Shown here piece after piece: positions 52,514-61,862 of a DNA stretch of 64,000 nt. The DNA is from Podarcis tiliguerta (lineage: Eukaryota): NCBI GenBank assembly GCA_965153285.1, contig OZ229115.1, one strand, 5' to 3'. Within the stretch, counting starts at the first letter, position 1; each line of letters begins with the position of its first letter. The notes beneath the pieces are model-generated. The model was not told the origin of the DNA, searched no databases, and was given only the letters and a program-made list of their open reading frames with translations. The position numbers were made by a program, and so were the translations under genes.

Positions 52514-52555
52514 TATCTCTATCGATCTATCTATCATCTATCGATCTATCTATCG
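52514..52555 (+). repeat. Imperfect (TCTA)n/(TCGA) repeat in 149-nt intron 18
   Basis: Direct reading. Confidence 0.85.
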
Positions 52556-52641
52556 TGAGAGATATATAAATGTTAATTTAGCAGCTGCTGTTGCTTTGTA
52601 AAATAAAATAAAAAGTTAAAATCCTTACCTTTTATTTGCAG

Positions 52642-52758
52642 GAACCTCTGGTGGCAAATGATATTCTAAACCATCCAAACTTTGTGAAGAAAAACCTTTG
52701 TAACAGTTTCAGTGACAGAACAGTCCAGAGGTTTTATAAATTTAATACCAGCCTGACG
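52642..52758 (+). CDS. CACHD1: CACHD1 exon 19 (117 nt)
   Basis: tgcag|GAA...CTG ACG|gtatgt; [39 protein letters not shown]. Confidence 0.95.
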
Positions 52759-53844
52759 GTATGTATGGCGTGTGGGAGGGGAGATGTATGTGTGTTTTTG
52801 TTTGGCTGTTTGTTTTCTTGCAGCTGGATGCATGAAAAATAGTAAAATACCATGAGTGGAATTCAATACCACACTACTGTGACAGTTCCATTGGCACAAG
52901 TGTCTCTTCATGTCCAAAGGAGCAATCTCCCCTATCATCTCCCCATGTGCTGTTCTGTTCCGACCAATTTGGGGAGGCTGGGGTATTGTAATTTTACAGT
53001 AGCTTCACATAAACTTGAAACACACACACAAAAAAAGCAGAACAGAGGAGGCTGGTCACTCAGGAACAGTACCTTTTTGTGTTCACCCCAAAATCCAAAG
53101 CTGTCTCCCCTCCCGCACACACTCATATTCATTAACTTCCCATAATTCCTGTCCATAAACTCCGCTAGCCAATCACAGTTGTAAACAGCCCAGTCAATCA
53201 CAAGCATCACTGTGGCTAGCGGGTCCTACCCATCATCCTTGTCCTCCTAGGTTGGCGGGGGCAGGGCGGGGTTGAACTTGAGGAGGAGGAGGAGTCTCCC
53301 AGCCTAACCTCCCTCACAGGGTTGAGTTCAGTTAGATTCACGGCTTAAGCGTCCACAGTAACTTTGCAAGGAAGCAGGTTGAGGAGAAAACCAGAACAAA
53401 CTGGTCCAGCCTCCACTGCCCCCCTAGGTCACCCCTCAAGGTCCAGCCACCACTGAACCCAGCTCTCAGAAAGAAACTGCATTATTTGGTTTTGCTTATA
53501 ATAACCCTTTTTTAAATGATTAAAATGAATGGTGGGTTCTGATAACTAGTTTGGTGCTGAGCGGATACTTTTAAATCCTTCATGATAACTGAGGAAATGG
53601 TATAAACTGAGTTCACGTGGGGGTGGGAATCAACTTAGAGTTAAAATGAATACTCAGGAAACAAAAAGATTTTGATATTGTGGATTCTGTTTCCACCTCC
53701 TGTTTAACCAAGTCAAGGAAGACACTCCAGGTGCTATATTGGTGAGTGAGGAAATCTTCAAGAAGTGCATCCCTTAACAACCCCTTTGTGGCATGTGAAG
53801 GGGGCTTTGTGTGTTGGTAGCACTTTTCTTGCACCAGTAACAAG

Positions 53845-53990
53845 CAGTGGCGTAGCGTGGGTTGTCAGCACCCGGGGCAAGGCAAGTAATTTGCGCCCCC
53901 TAACCCGTGGATTTGCGCCTCCTAACCCTAACCCCCAGGTGTTGCGCCCGGTGCGGCCGGCCCCCCCTGCACCCCCACGCTACGCCACTG
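53845..53990. mobile_element. Young hAT MITE
   Basis: Perfect 17-bp TIRs CAGTGGCGTAGCGTGGG/CCCACGCTACGCCACTG; perfect 8-bp TSD GTAACAAG at 53837-53844 and 53991-53998. Confidence 0.92.
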
Positions 53991-54148
53991 GTAACAAGAA
54001 CTACACAACCCTAAGTAGAGGGAACCCTGTAGGTTTTCATTACAGGGTGACTTTTTTGTTTCAGAAACATTTGTGGTAGCAGTAACTCTTCACCTCACCA
54101 GGAGACATGTTCCCTGCCATATGTCTGATGCGTTTTCCTCTCCTTTAG

Positions 54149-54309
54149 GGTGATCTGACAAATCTCGTGCATGGCAGCCACTGTTCCAAATACAGGCTGA
54201 CAAGGATACCTGGAACCAATGCCTTTGTTGGAATCGTAAATGAAACGTGTGACTCGCTTGCCTTCTGTGCATGCAGTATGGTAGATAGGCTCTGTCTGAA
54301 CTGTCACAG
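54149..54309 (+). CDS. CACHD1: CACHD1 exon 20 (161 nt)
   Basis: tttag|GGT...CAC AG|gtaaga; GDLTNLVHGSHCSKYRLTRIPGTNAFVGIVNETCDSLAFCACSMVDRLCLNCH(R). Confidence 0.95.
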
Positions 54310-55078
54310 GTAAGAGAATATTTTTTTTTTACATCCGCTATAGTGATTGGATTAGATTTATCAAAAGTGGAGGCCTTATGGAGCATCAGCTAATGTGCAT
54401 TAAAAAAAAAGAAAAGTCATTACCTGAACCATGTGTGAATTGCAGAGGAGTATTTTAAATCTTGCTTATGTAAAAAGCTTTGCACACTTCTTATTTTTGT
54501 GCACTGTAATACTTTAAGTGCCTCATGTTTGAGGCATCTGTTGAAACACAAGCGAAAGCATCCCTGGGTACCTGGTTGGTATGTCTCCCTCTTTCTTCCA
54601 GAGTAGCAGTGGCTGCTGTTCCCTCTAACTATGTATATAAGAAATTATGGCACCTTTACTGTTGCACCTGCCTGAGCATCGAAAGCTGCAGCCTAGTCAT
54701 ATTGACTGTGGAGATAGAATTCCCACCTGTTGCATCAAAGGAGCAGGAATGCCATCTTGCCCGCTGGGCAGGTAGCCACTGGATTGCCACATCTGAGCTC
54801 TGCTTCCTGCTGGGAAAGGCTCAGATGCTTGTGGAAGAAACCAGGCTTCCCCCTTTACTGCTACATATTTGCACACTCCAGAGGAATTTGGGAGTATAGT
54901 CTCTGGGTCAGCACTGTGATCTTTTAGGAATGAGATTTGCATCTTAATATGAAGCAGAGTTTGGTTCTAACATCAGCATAACTTCCTTAGTGCCCATGAA
55001 TTCTTACCTGTCCTTGAGTATTCAGGCTCTATCATTAGTGTTGTGTGTGAGAGAGAGTTTTGTAACAAAAGAAACAAA

Positions 55079-55105
55079 ACACACACACACACACACACAC
55101 ACACA
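55079..55105 (+). repeat. (AC)n microsatellite
   Basis: Direct reading. Confidence 0.92.
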
Positions 55106-55279
55106 GGCACAGAACAAACCACATAGGTAATACACAGATAAGTAATAACAGTGTATAAGGCACCGTTGTCATGACAAAATTTCACACATTGGTAATTATA
55201 GAAAGAATTATATGTATCCGTTGTAGTAGCAGCATATGAAATAAAATTCCACCAATGGGGTAGAAGTGTTCTGGATTTC

Positions 55280-55512
55280 TTTTCTTTTTTAAAATATATT
55301 TTTATTGAATTTTACATTGCAAATTTAAATTCAAACATTAAACATCAGCATCATCATTTAGGATTTCCTGAATCCTTTGACTCCCCTTCGCCCTTCCATG
55401 GTTACCATTATCCATCTTTTTTCAACTGCTTCCCTTATTTTCTCTATTTTAAAAAAATAATCCGTTTTTACCATAGTTTTTCGTACATTACAAGCATTAC
55501 TCAAATCCTGCC
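55280..55512 (-). mobile_element. 5'-truncated poly(A) retroelement (L1-like 3' end)
   Basis: T-rich tail plus TTTATTG (AATAAA on the - strand); 18-bp TSD AGAAGT(G/A)TTCTGGATTTC at 55262-55279 and 55513-55530. Confidence 0.75.
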
Positions 55513-55914
55513 AGAAGTATTCTGGATTTCAGATCCACTGGAGACTTTCAGATTGTGAGTTACTTGCTAAGTTCCATACAGTTTTGTACCATAATAATAA
55601 GTGATGCTTTCCATTTTTGCACTACAGAAATCCTTGCCGCAGCCAACAGCCATGTTAAAAGCTCTCTTGAACAAAACTGCTTGTTAGTATTCTTCAGTCT
55701 TGTGCACATTAACTATGTGAATTAACCTACCTAGCTAACTCAGTTCAGTTTAACTCAGAGGAAAATGCTCATTCAGCGTAAAACTTCATGTGTTTCTGAG
55801 GGTTGATGAAAGTTTTATTTATTTGTAGCTATCTTTTAATAGCTGTTGTGTTTTGAATCTTCACTTAACAGCTAGATTTTGCCTCATGCATCCAGATTAT
55901 CTATAACCTCTGCT

Positions 55915-56515
55915 GCAACCACACTTGGAATACTGTGTACAGATCTAGTTGCCACAACTAAAAAATGGTAACTGGATAGCTGGAAAAGGTGCAGAAAAGG
56001 GCAACCAAAATAATTAAGGGCCTTTCCTAGGCAGAAACATTTGGAGCTGCTTTAGAAGAAGGCAAATAAGGAGGAGTATTAATTGAAATTTCTGACATTG
56101 TGCCTCATGTGGAAGTACTGTTTTCCACATAAAGCATAATTTTATATATTTCCCTTATTTATCTTTTTATAAAGAGGCTTTCTAAACTTTCTTTCTCTCT
56201 CTCTCTCTCTCTCACACACATACATATAATACTACAACCTCAGCACTTCAGCACACAATGAAACTCTGGAATTTACTACCGCAAAACGTAATTAACAGCC
56301 ACCAACTTGCATGGCTTTAAGAGGAAATTAGGCAAATTCATGGGGGATATCCTTGTTAGTCAAGATGACGGAGTGCTTCCTCCAGAATCAGAGTCAGCAG
56401 AGTTTAGGATACCAGCCCATGGGAAACAACAGCTGGAGAAGGCTTTTGGGCATCTGGTTGGCCACTGTGGGAAGCAGAATGCTGGTTTGGATAGCCCTTT
56501 GATCTGAGCCAGCAG
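55915..56515 (+). mobile_element. Decayed CR1 ORF2 C-terminal and 3' UTR fragment
   Basis: Translates PHLEYCVQ and LEKVQKRATKIIKG, later GFKRKLGKFM and a CR1-type 3' UTR; interrupted by (CT)n(CA)n. Confidence 0.75.
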
Positions 56516-56578
56516 TTGCATTGGCAATATTCTCAGTACAACACAGAGTGCACTGAAACTATGAGATATTCTGCAGTA

Positions 56579-56836
56579 GAGTGGTACCTCGGGTTAAGAA
56601 CTTAATCCGTTCTGGAGGTCTGTTCTTAACCTGAAACTGTTCTTAACCTGAAGTACCACTTTAGCTAATGCAGCCTCCCACTGCTGGAGCCTCCCACTGC
56701 TGCCGCACCACCAGCACACGATTTCTGTTCTCATCCTGAAGCAAAGTTCTTAACGCGAGGTACTATTTCTGGGTGAGCGGAGCCTGTAACCTGAAGCGTC
56801 TGTAACCTGAAGCGTCTGTAACCCGAGGTACCACTG
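56579..56836. mobile_element. Tigger/pogo-like MITE
   Basis: TA|GAGTGGTACCTCGGGTTA...TAACCCGAGGTACCACTG|TA; internal TAACCTGAAG repeats. Confidence 0.87.
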
Positions 56837-56923
56837 TATATGACATCTTTGCCCAAGTGGACTTTCAGGGTTAAAGTGTGCATGTGAAAGAGAGATTTGA
56901 CCCAGGATAAGAGACTTGCAGAC

Positions 56924-56924
<1 letters not shown>

Positions 56925-56979
<55 letters not shown>
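56925..56979 (+). repeat. (TTTC)n microsatellite
   Basis: Direct reading; about 65 nt upstream of exon 21. Confidence 0.93.
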
Positions 56980-57045
56980 GACATTTAGAAATAAATTTGA
57001 TTCTAATAAGCATTGTCTCGTTTGTTCTTTCTTTCCTTCCTAAAG

Positions 57046-57132
57046 AATGGAGCAGAACGAATGCGAATGTCCTTGCGAGTGCCCCCTAGAGGTTAATGAG
57101 TGTACTGGCAACCTTACCAACGCAGAAAGCAG
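57046..57132 (+). CDS. CACHD1: CACHD1 exon 21 (87 nt)
   Basis: taaag|A ATG...AGC AG|gtaaga; MEQNECECPCECPLEVNECTGNLTNAES(R). Confidence 0.95.
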
Positions 57133-57282
57133 GTAAGATAGGACTAGCACAATAGTGATCTTTTTTGGTGGGTTATATTTGCTGATAGGTGCACAGCGTA
57201 CTATACGTTCTAAATCGGAGTACATTTTCTCATAACTCTTAGTAACTGATTTCCTCCCCCCTGTGCTTTTCCCAAACTTTAG

Positions 57283-57399
57283 AAATCCTAGTTGTGAAGT
57301 CCATCAAGAACCTATGACATTTATTGCAGTTGATCCCAGTCTACAAGATGCTCTTCCTCAATGTATTAATACACGGTGCAATCAAAGGATGGAGAGCAG
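57283..57399 (+). CDS. CACHD1: CACHD1 exon 22 (117 nt)
   Basis: tttag|A AAT...AGC AG|gtgaag; NPSCEVHQEPMTFIAVDPSLQDALPQCINTRCNQRMES(R). Confidence 0.93.
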
Positions 57400-57741
57400 G
57401 TGAAGTTCATGGGTTTTCCATACACACACACACACACAAGCACGAGTGAATCTAAAATAAAACACCTGTAGTGTGGTAACAGCAAATCATGATTGAATTT
57501 CATAGTGGGCCTTGTCACAAAACTGTCCTTGACTTAAAATCAGCGACACTGGGAAATGAGGGGAGGTGGCCTTATACAAGCTTAGCGTAACATGCCGGCG
57601 CAACAAAATAGTCTTGCTTCACTTTTAAGGAAAATTACGCCTTTAACTTTGGGGGGTGGAGAACAGTTTCAGTAGTATGTTTTCTGAGATTTGGGACAGC
57701 AGAGTTCTAATAATCCTCACTGCCATTTCCTTGTCTTCCAG

Positions 57742-57893
57742 GGATTGCTTTGGTGTCTTGGACTGTGAGTGGTGCATGGTAGACAGCGATGGAAAGACCC
57801 ATTTAGATAGATCCTACTGCGCTCCTCAGAAGGAATGCTTTGGTGGAATTGTGGGTGCCAAAAGCCCTTACGTGGATGACATGGGAGCCATTG
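57742..57893 (+). CDS. CACHD1: CACHD1 exon 23 (152 nt)
   Basis: tccag|G GAT...ATT G|gtaagg; DCFGVLDCEWCMVDSDGKTHLDRSYCAPQKECFGGIVGAKSPYVDDMGAI. Confidence 0.95.
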
Positions 57894-58089
57894 GTAAGGA
57901 TGGTCATTGTGGACACACATCAATGTATTTAATGCATTAAATGCAATGTATTTAATGCATTCAGATCTGCACAAGTCACTTGGAACATCCTTATGACAGA
58001 ATATCTTGGGGCTTTCCCCTGCATTAAAATACAGCATTTTCAGCCATTGCACAGTGTAAGACAAAGTGCCATTGTCGGCGTGTTTGTTG

Positions 58090-58395
58090 ATCACATTGCT
58101 CCCTGGTACTCTGAGAAGCTGCGGTTGATGAAGCAGGCTAGGCAAGCACTGGGGAAATCTCTTTCCAAAGTGGACAAAGGATGTGTTTAGGACACATAAT
58201 CATGCCTATCACATGGCAGTGAAGGCAGGAAACAACCCGTACTGTATCGCAAGCATTTCATCCTCAAGGTGTCCATTGGCAGAATTGTTTCATGTGGTCC
58301 AGAGACTCATTACCCCAGATTTAGGGGATGGATCCCTGGAGTGCGTGGTGACTAGCTGTGAGCAGCTTGCCAGACACTTTGAGGACAACGTTGTT
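58090..58395 (+). mobile_element. Decayed L2 LINE ORF2 linker fragment
   Basis: APWYSEKLRLMKQ and, in another frame, YHMAVKAG..Y..ASISSSRCPLAELFHVV...CEQLARHFED; resembles the L2 endonuclease-RT linker as I recall it. Confidence 0.65.
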
Positions 58396-58962
58396 GACAA
58401 AGCCCTGAACGATTGGGCCCAGGATACCCTGAAAAGCCACCTGAACCTTTATATGTATGATCACACAGATCATCCAAAGTAGAGCTGTTAGTGGCTTCCC
58501 ATGTTACAGAGGCCCACTTAGCCTCAATGATAATTTGGACATTTAGTGTTGTCGTTCTCATACCGTGGAATGCTCTTGAAGAAGAGATTTGGCAAGCATC
58601 CTCACTTTTGATTTCCAGGCATCTTTTTTGTGCTGATGGGCCTTTGCACCTGATTTATTTTTGATTGATCAGTCACCTGGATGAATATCTGTATTATTGT
58701 TTTACATATTTAAAATGATGCTTTATGTTTTATACTATACAATGCCTTGATACATCTTATGATATGGCAGTATAGAAATATTTTAAGAAAAAACAAACAA
58801 ACTTGGACAGGGAATTTTGCATCCATTCGTACCAATCTTCCAGCATATATATGGCTCTTGTGTGTGTGTTACCTAGAATAGTCAACAGATTTGTATTCTT
58901 ACAGTGTGTCCCTTTAAAGGCTGATACATTTTAAATTTGGGAGTTTCTCTGTGCAATCAGTA

Positions 58963-59196
58963 CAGTCGTACCTTGGAAGTCAAACAGAAGCCGTTCCGGA
59001 AGTCTGTTTGACTTCCAAGGCACAGCTTCCGATTGGCTGCAGGAGCTTCCTGCAGCCAATTGGAAGCCGCAAAAGCCCCGCGGATGTTCGGCTTCCAAAA
59101 GAACATTTGCAAACTGGAACACTCACTTCCGAGTTTGCGGCGTTTGGGAGCCAAAACATTCAACTTCTAATGCATTCGTCAACCAAGGTACGACTG
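58963..59196. mobile_element. Tigger/pogo-like MITE
   Basis: TA|CAGTCGTACCTTGG...CCAAGGTACGACTG|TA; internal hairpins. Confidence 0.88.
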
Positions 59197-59317
59197 TATT
59201 ATACAGTAATTGTTGTGATTTTCTCTTTCGCTTCTAATTTACATTTCGGGTGGTTTGAACTTTTTGTAAAGCATTTACATAAGCTTTATTTTTTTCCCCT
59301 CCCCCTCTGAAATAAAG

Positions 59318-59479
59318 GAGATGAGGTGATAGCTTTAAATATGATTAAAAGTGCTCCAGTTGGTCCTGTTGCTGGAGGTATTATGGGATGCATAATGGTG
59401 CTAGTTCTGGCAGTCTATGCCTATCGTCATCAGATTCACCGCAGAAGCCACCAGCACATGTCCCCACTTGCAGCACAAG
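59318..59479 (+). CDS. CACHD1: CACHD1 exon 24 (162 nt), transmembrane helix
   Basis: taaag|GA GAT...CAA G|gtaaga; (G)DEVIALNMIKSAPVGPVAGGIMGCIMVLVLAVYAYRHQIHRRSHQHMSPLAAQ. Confidence 0.95.
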
Positions 59480-59699
59480 GTAAGAACTTTTTAAAAACAA
59501 AAAACAAAAACACCACTATTTTGTGGAGGGTGGGGGTTGCAGAGAGTATGCAAATTGTTCAGAGAATTTCTGGCCACAACAGCTGAAACAACTTACTTTG
59601 AGGGTTGCCCCAGCACTTTTCTGATAATCCAAGGTTTATTGTAATCATGCGTCTCAGAATGTACACTTTACATTATCTGCTGTGACATAGAATGGGCCC

Positions 59700-59716
59700 T
59701 GCTGCCCTCTGCTGGA
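59700..59716 (-). promoter_or_regulatory. Candidate CTCF motif
   Basis: Reverse complement TCCAGCAGAGGGCAGCA fits CCASYAGRKGGCRS; motif match only. Confidence 0.4.
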
Positions 59717-60699
59717 TGCAGAATTTAAAGCTGGACTGTTCTAGCTAAAATGACCTTAAAAACATAGCAACACACCTCTTTCTAGGCTCCTGCAAATACA
59801 ATTTCTCATCTTAGAGTTTAGGATTCTACATTCTTGTCTAGACTATTGACCATTACAGATGTCAATGATTTCAGCATAAATATGCGTGCATTATGTCGTC
59901 ATGATATTTTGAATGCCTCCTGCTTCGGAAGTTCTTTTTTCCGAGACGTTTTCTTCTGTTCCAACTGAACAGAAGATGACATACACCAGAAACACAAATG
60001 AGAAAGGGTATCCGGTATTAGGGAATTTCTCTTTATGAAATGAAAAAACAAGCACATTATTCCTCATATTATTATACTGTTTCCTAAAATTAAACTAAAT
60101 AGTGTGCCCCGTAAATGTTGACAGCCAGTGTGCTAGTCCTGGACAAGCAGTCACAGGAATTAAGAAACAGTCACCATTCAATAAAAAACTTAAGAGCATA
60201 ACCAGAGCCTTCTGAACATAGACTGTAGGAAGCCCATTGTCTCACAAATATGAACAGTTGTTATGCTAGCACACTCACAACTCACCCTATGAGCATGATA
60301 AGCAAAATATTTTTTAAGGGCGCTGTTGTTGAAAAATTTGAGTTTCATGATAGCAATTTTAATAGGCAACTGCTTCAGTAGTAATTAAGTCAAGTCAAAA
60401 TAAGTCACCCATAGTTTGTGACTAACTGTTGTTGAAGTGGCTCAAGAAAGGGAAGCAAGAGGTTAGCAAGTTTGCACCCTTGTTTTCAATATTGGTACGT
60501 GCCCTTTCGGTACTTGCTGTCTGTAGTTTTAACCAAAATATTAAAATTGTTGGCTGTGAGGCTTCTGGACCTCAGATCTCTTGTTCTCAGGAAAAAAGGG
60601 GGGCATCTCATGGCCATTTCCAAAGCTGGGTACTTTTGCAGGCTAATGCAACATATTCACCCTTAACAGTTGCAATTCTCTGTTTGCAATGGTGTGTAG

Positions 60700-60777
60700 A
60701 AATGTCAGTCCGCATGTCCAACCTGGAGAACGAGAGGGATGAGAGGGATGACGACAGTCACGAAGACCGAGGAATCA
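60700..60777 (+). CDS. CACHD1: CACHD1 exon 25 (78 nt)
   Basis: tgtag|AA ATG...ATC A|gtaagt; (E)MSVRMSNLENERDERDDDSHEDRGI. Confidence 0.94.
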
Positions 60778-61760
60778 GTAAGTATGAAGCAGTCACACTG
60801 TCGTTGCAGGTGGGGAAGACTATGGGATGAGGCTCAGTGCTGTTTCTTCTGCACGCCTTTCCAACAGGATGACAAAAGTGCCTTACGGTTTTGGGTCCCA
60901 GTCATTCCCGCATCAACCCTGCGAGTGACACTGCAGTATTTGCCTGCTTACAGACTGGAGGCAACAATAGAAAATTATTGACTTGCCCTAAAGCCACCCA
61001 CTGGCTGAACAGTGATTTGAAGCTGGGCCAACATTCTGTTCATTGTATCACTCCACCTCCTGCCTCCTTACATTCTTTCAAAGATCTTACACAATCTGGC
61101 AAATATAAATGCAGCCCTTAGTTCAAACAGCTCATGAACCGCAGTTGATCTTAACTTGCTGATTTCTGTGCCCTCACTGACGGTATGCTTGCCGTCAGAC
61201 ACCAAGTCACCTCCCAGAATCTAAATTAGACTTGCTAGCTTTCAAGGAGCCTGAAACCTAGATATAAACGTAGCAGACTGAATCACAGCTATTATTCTAC
61301 AGGTTCCTGTGGTTGCCTTGCCAGGTTTTAGCTGCCGCTGGCATTTTTTGCAGCAAACACTGTAACTTAAGGTGCCTTAAAGACAGGTGTGGGTACAATT
61401 TGCTTCCAGATTTGTCATGAAGCACACACAGTGCTGACCCTGCGACAGAGAATCAGCAGCTACTCTCCTTGTTGTGAGATTCAGAAATTTGATCAATGTG
61501 CCCTCATCTCTCTACACAGTTTTAACCCTCATGTGTTCAGACGAAGGCTGAAGATGGCTTCTATTATGAATCCCACTGGGCATATAAAGTATAACAATAG
61601 ATTTTTAAAAGGGAGGGGGGAGTTTGGTCAATATTGGAATTCCACAGCAACCTTATAATGATCTCTTTCATAAAATCTTTTCTAAACAGATGCTTTATTT
61701 GAGAATGTGTGCTCAGTGTAAAGTTTTTTTCTCCCTCCTTCTTATTCTGCTCACTCCTAG

Positions 61761-61862
61761 TCAGCAACACCCGGTTTATAGCAGCGGTTATTGAGCGCCA
61801 TGCGCACAGCCCAGAACGTAGACGCCGCTACTGGGGACGCTCAGGAACAGAAAGCGATCATG
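61761..61862 (+). CDS. CACHD1: CACHD1 exon 26 (102 nt)
   Basis: cctag|TC AGC...CAT G|gtaaga; (I)SNTRFIAAVIERHAHSPERRRRYWGRSGTESDH. Confidence 0.95.

Larger units (their letters stand above)
8069..61862 (+). other. CACHD1: CACHD1 gene span in window (coding exons 3-26; partial, exons 1-2 and 27 outside window)
   Basis: Spliced translation from LAKKIREKFNRYLDVVNRNK to RRRRYWGRSGTESDH is colinear with human CACHD1 as I recall it: VWA domain, Cache domains, Cys-rich region, TM helix GPVAGGIMGCIMVLVLAVYAY and cytoplasmic tail. All traced introns are GT-AG, and phases match except across the missing exon 15. Confidence 0.97.

Noticed and set aside
60655-60669. CCTTAAC before exon 25 as a U12 branch point
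   Set aside because: The intron 24 donor is GTAAGA (U2-type), so this is most simply an ordinary branch point.
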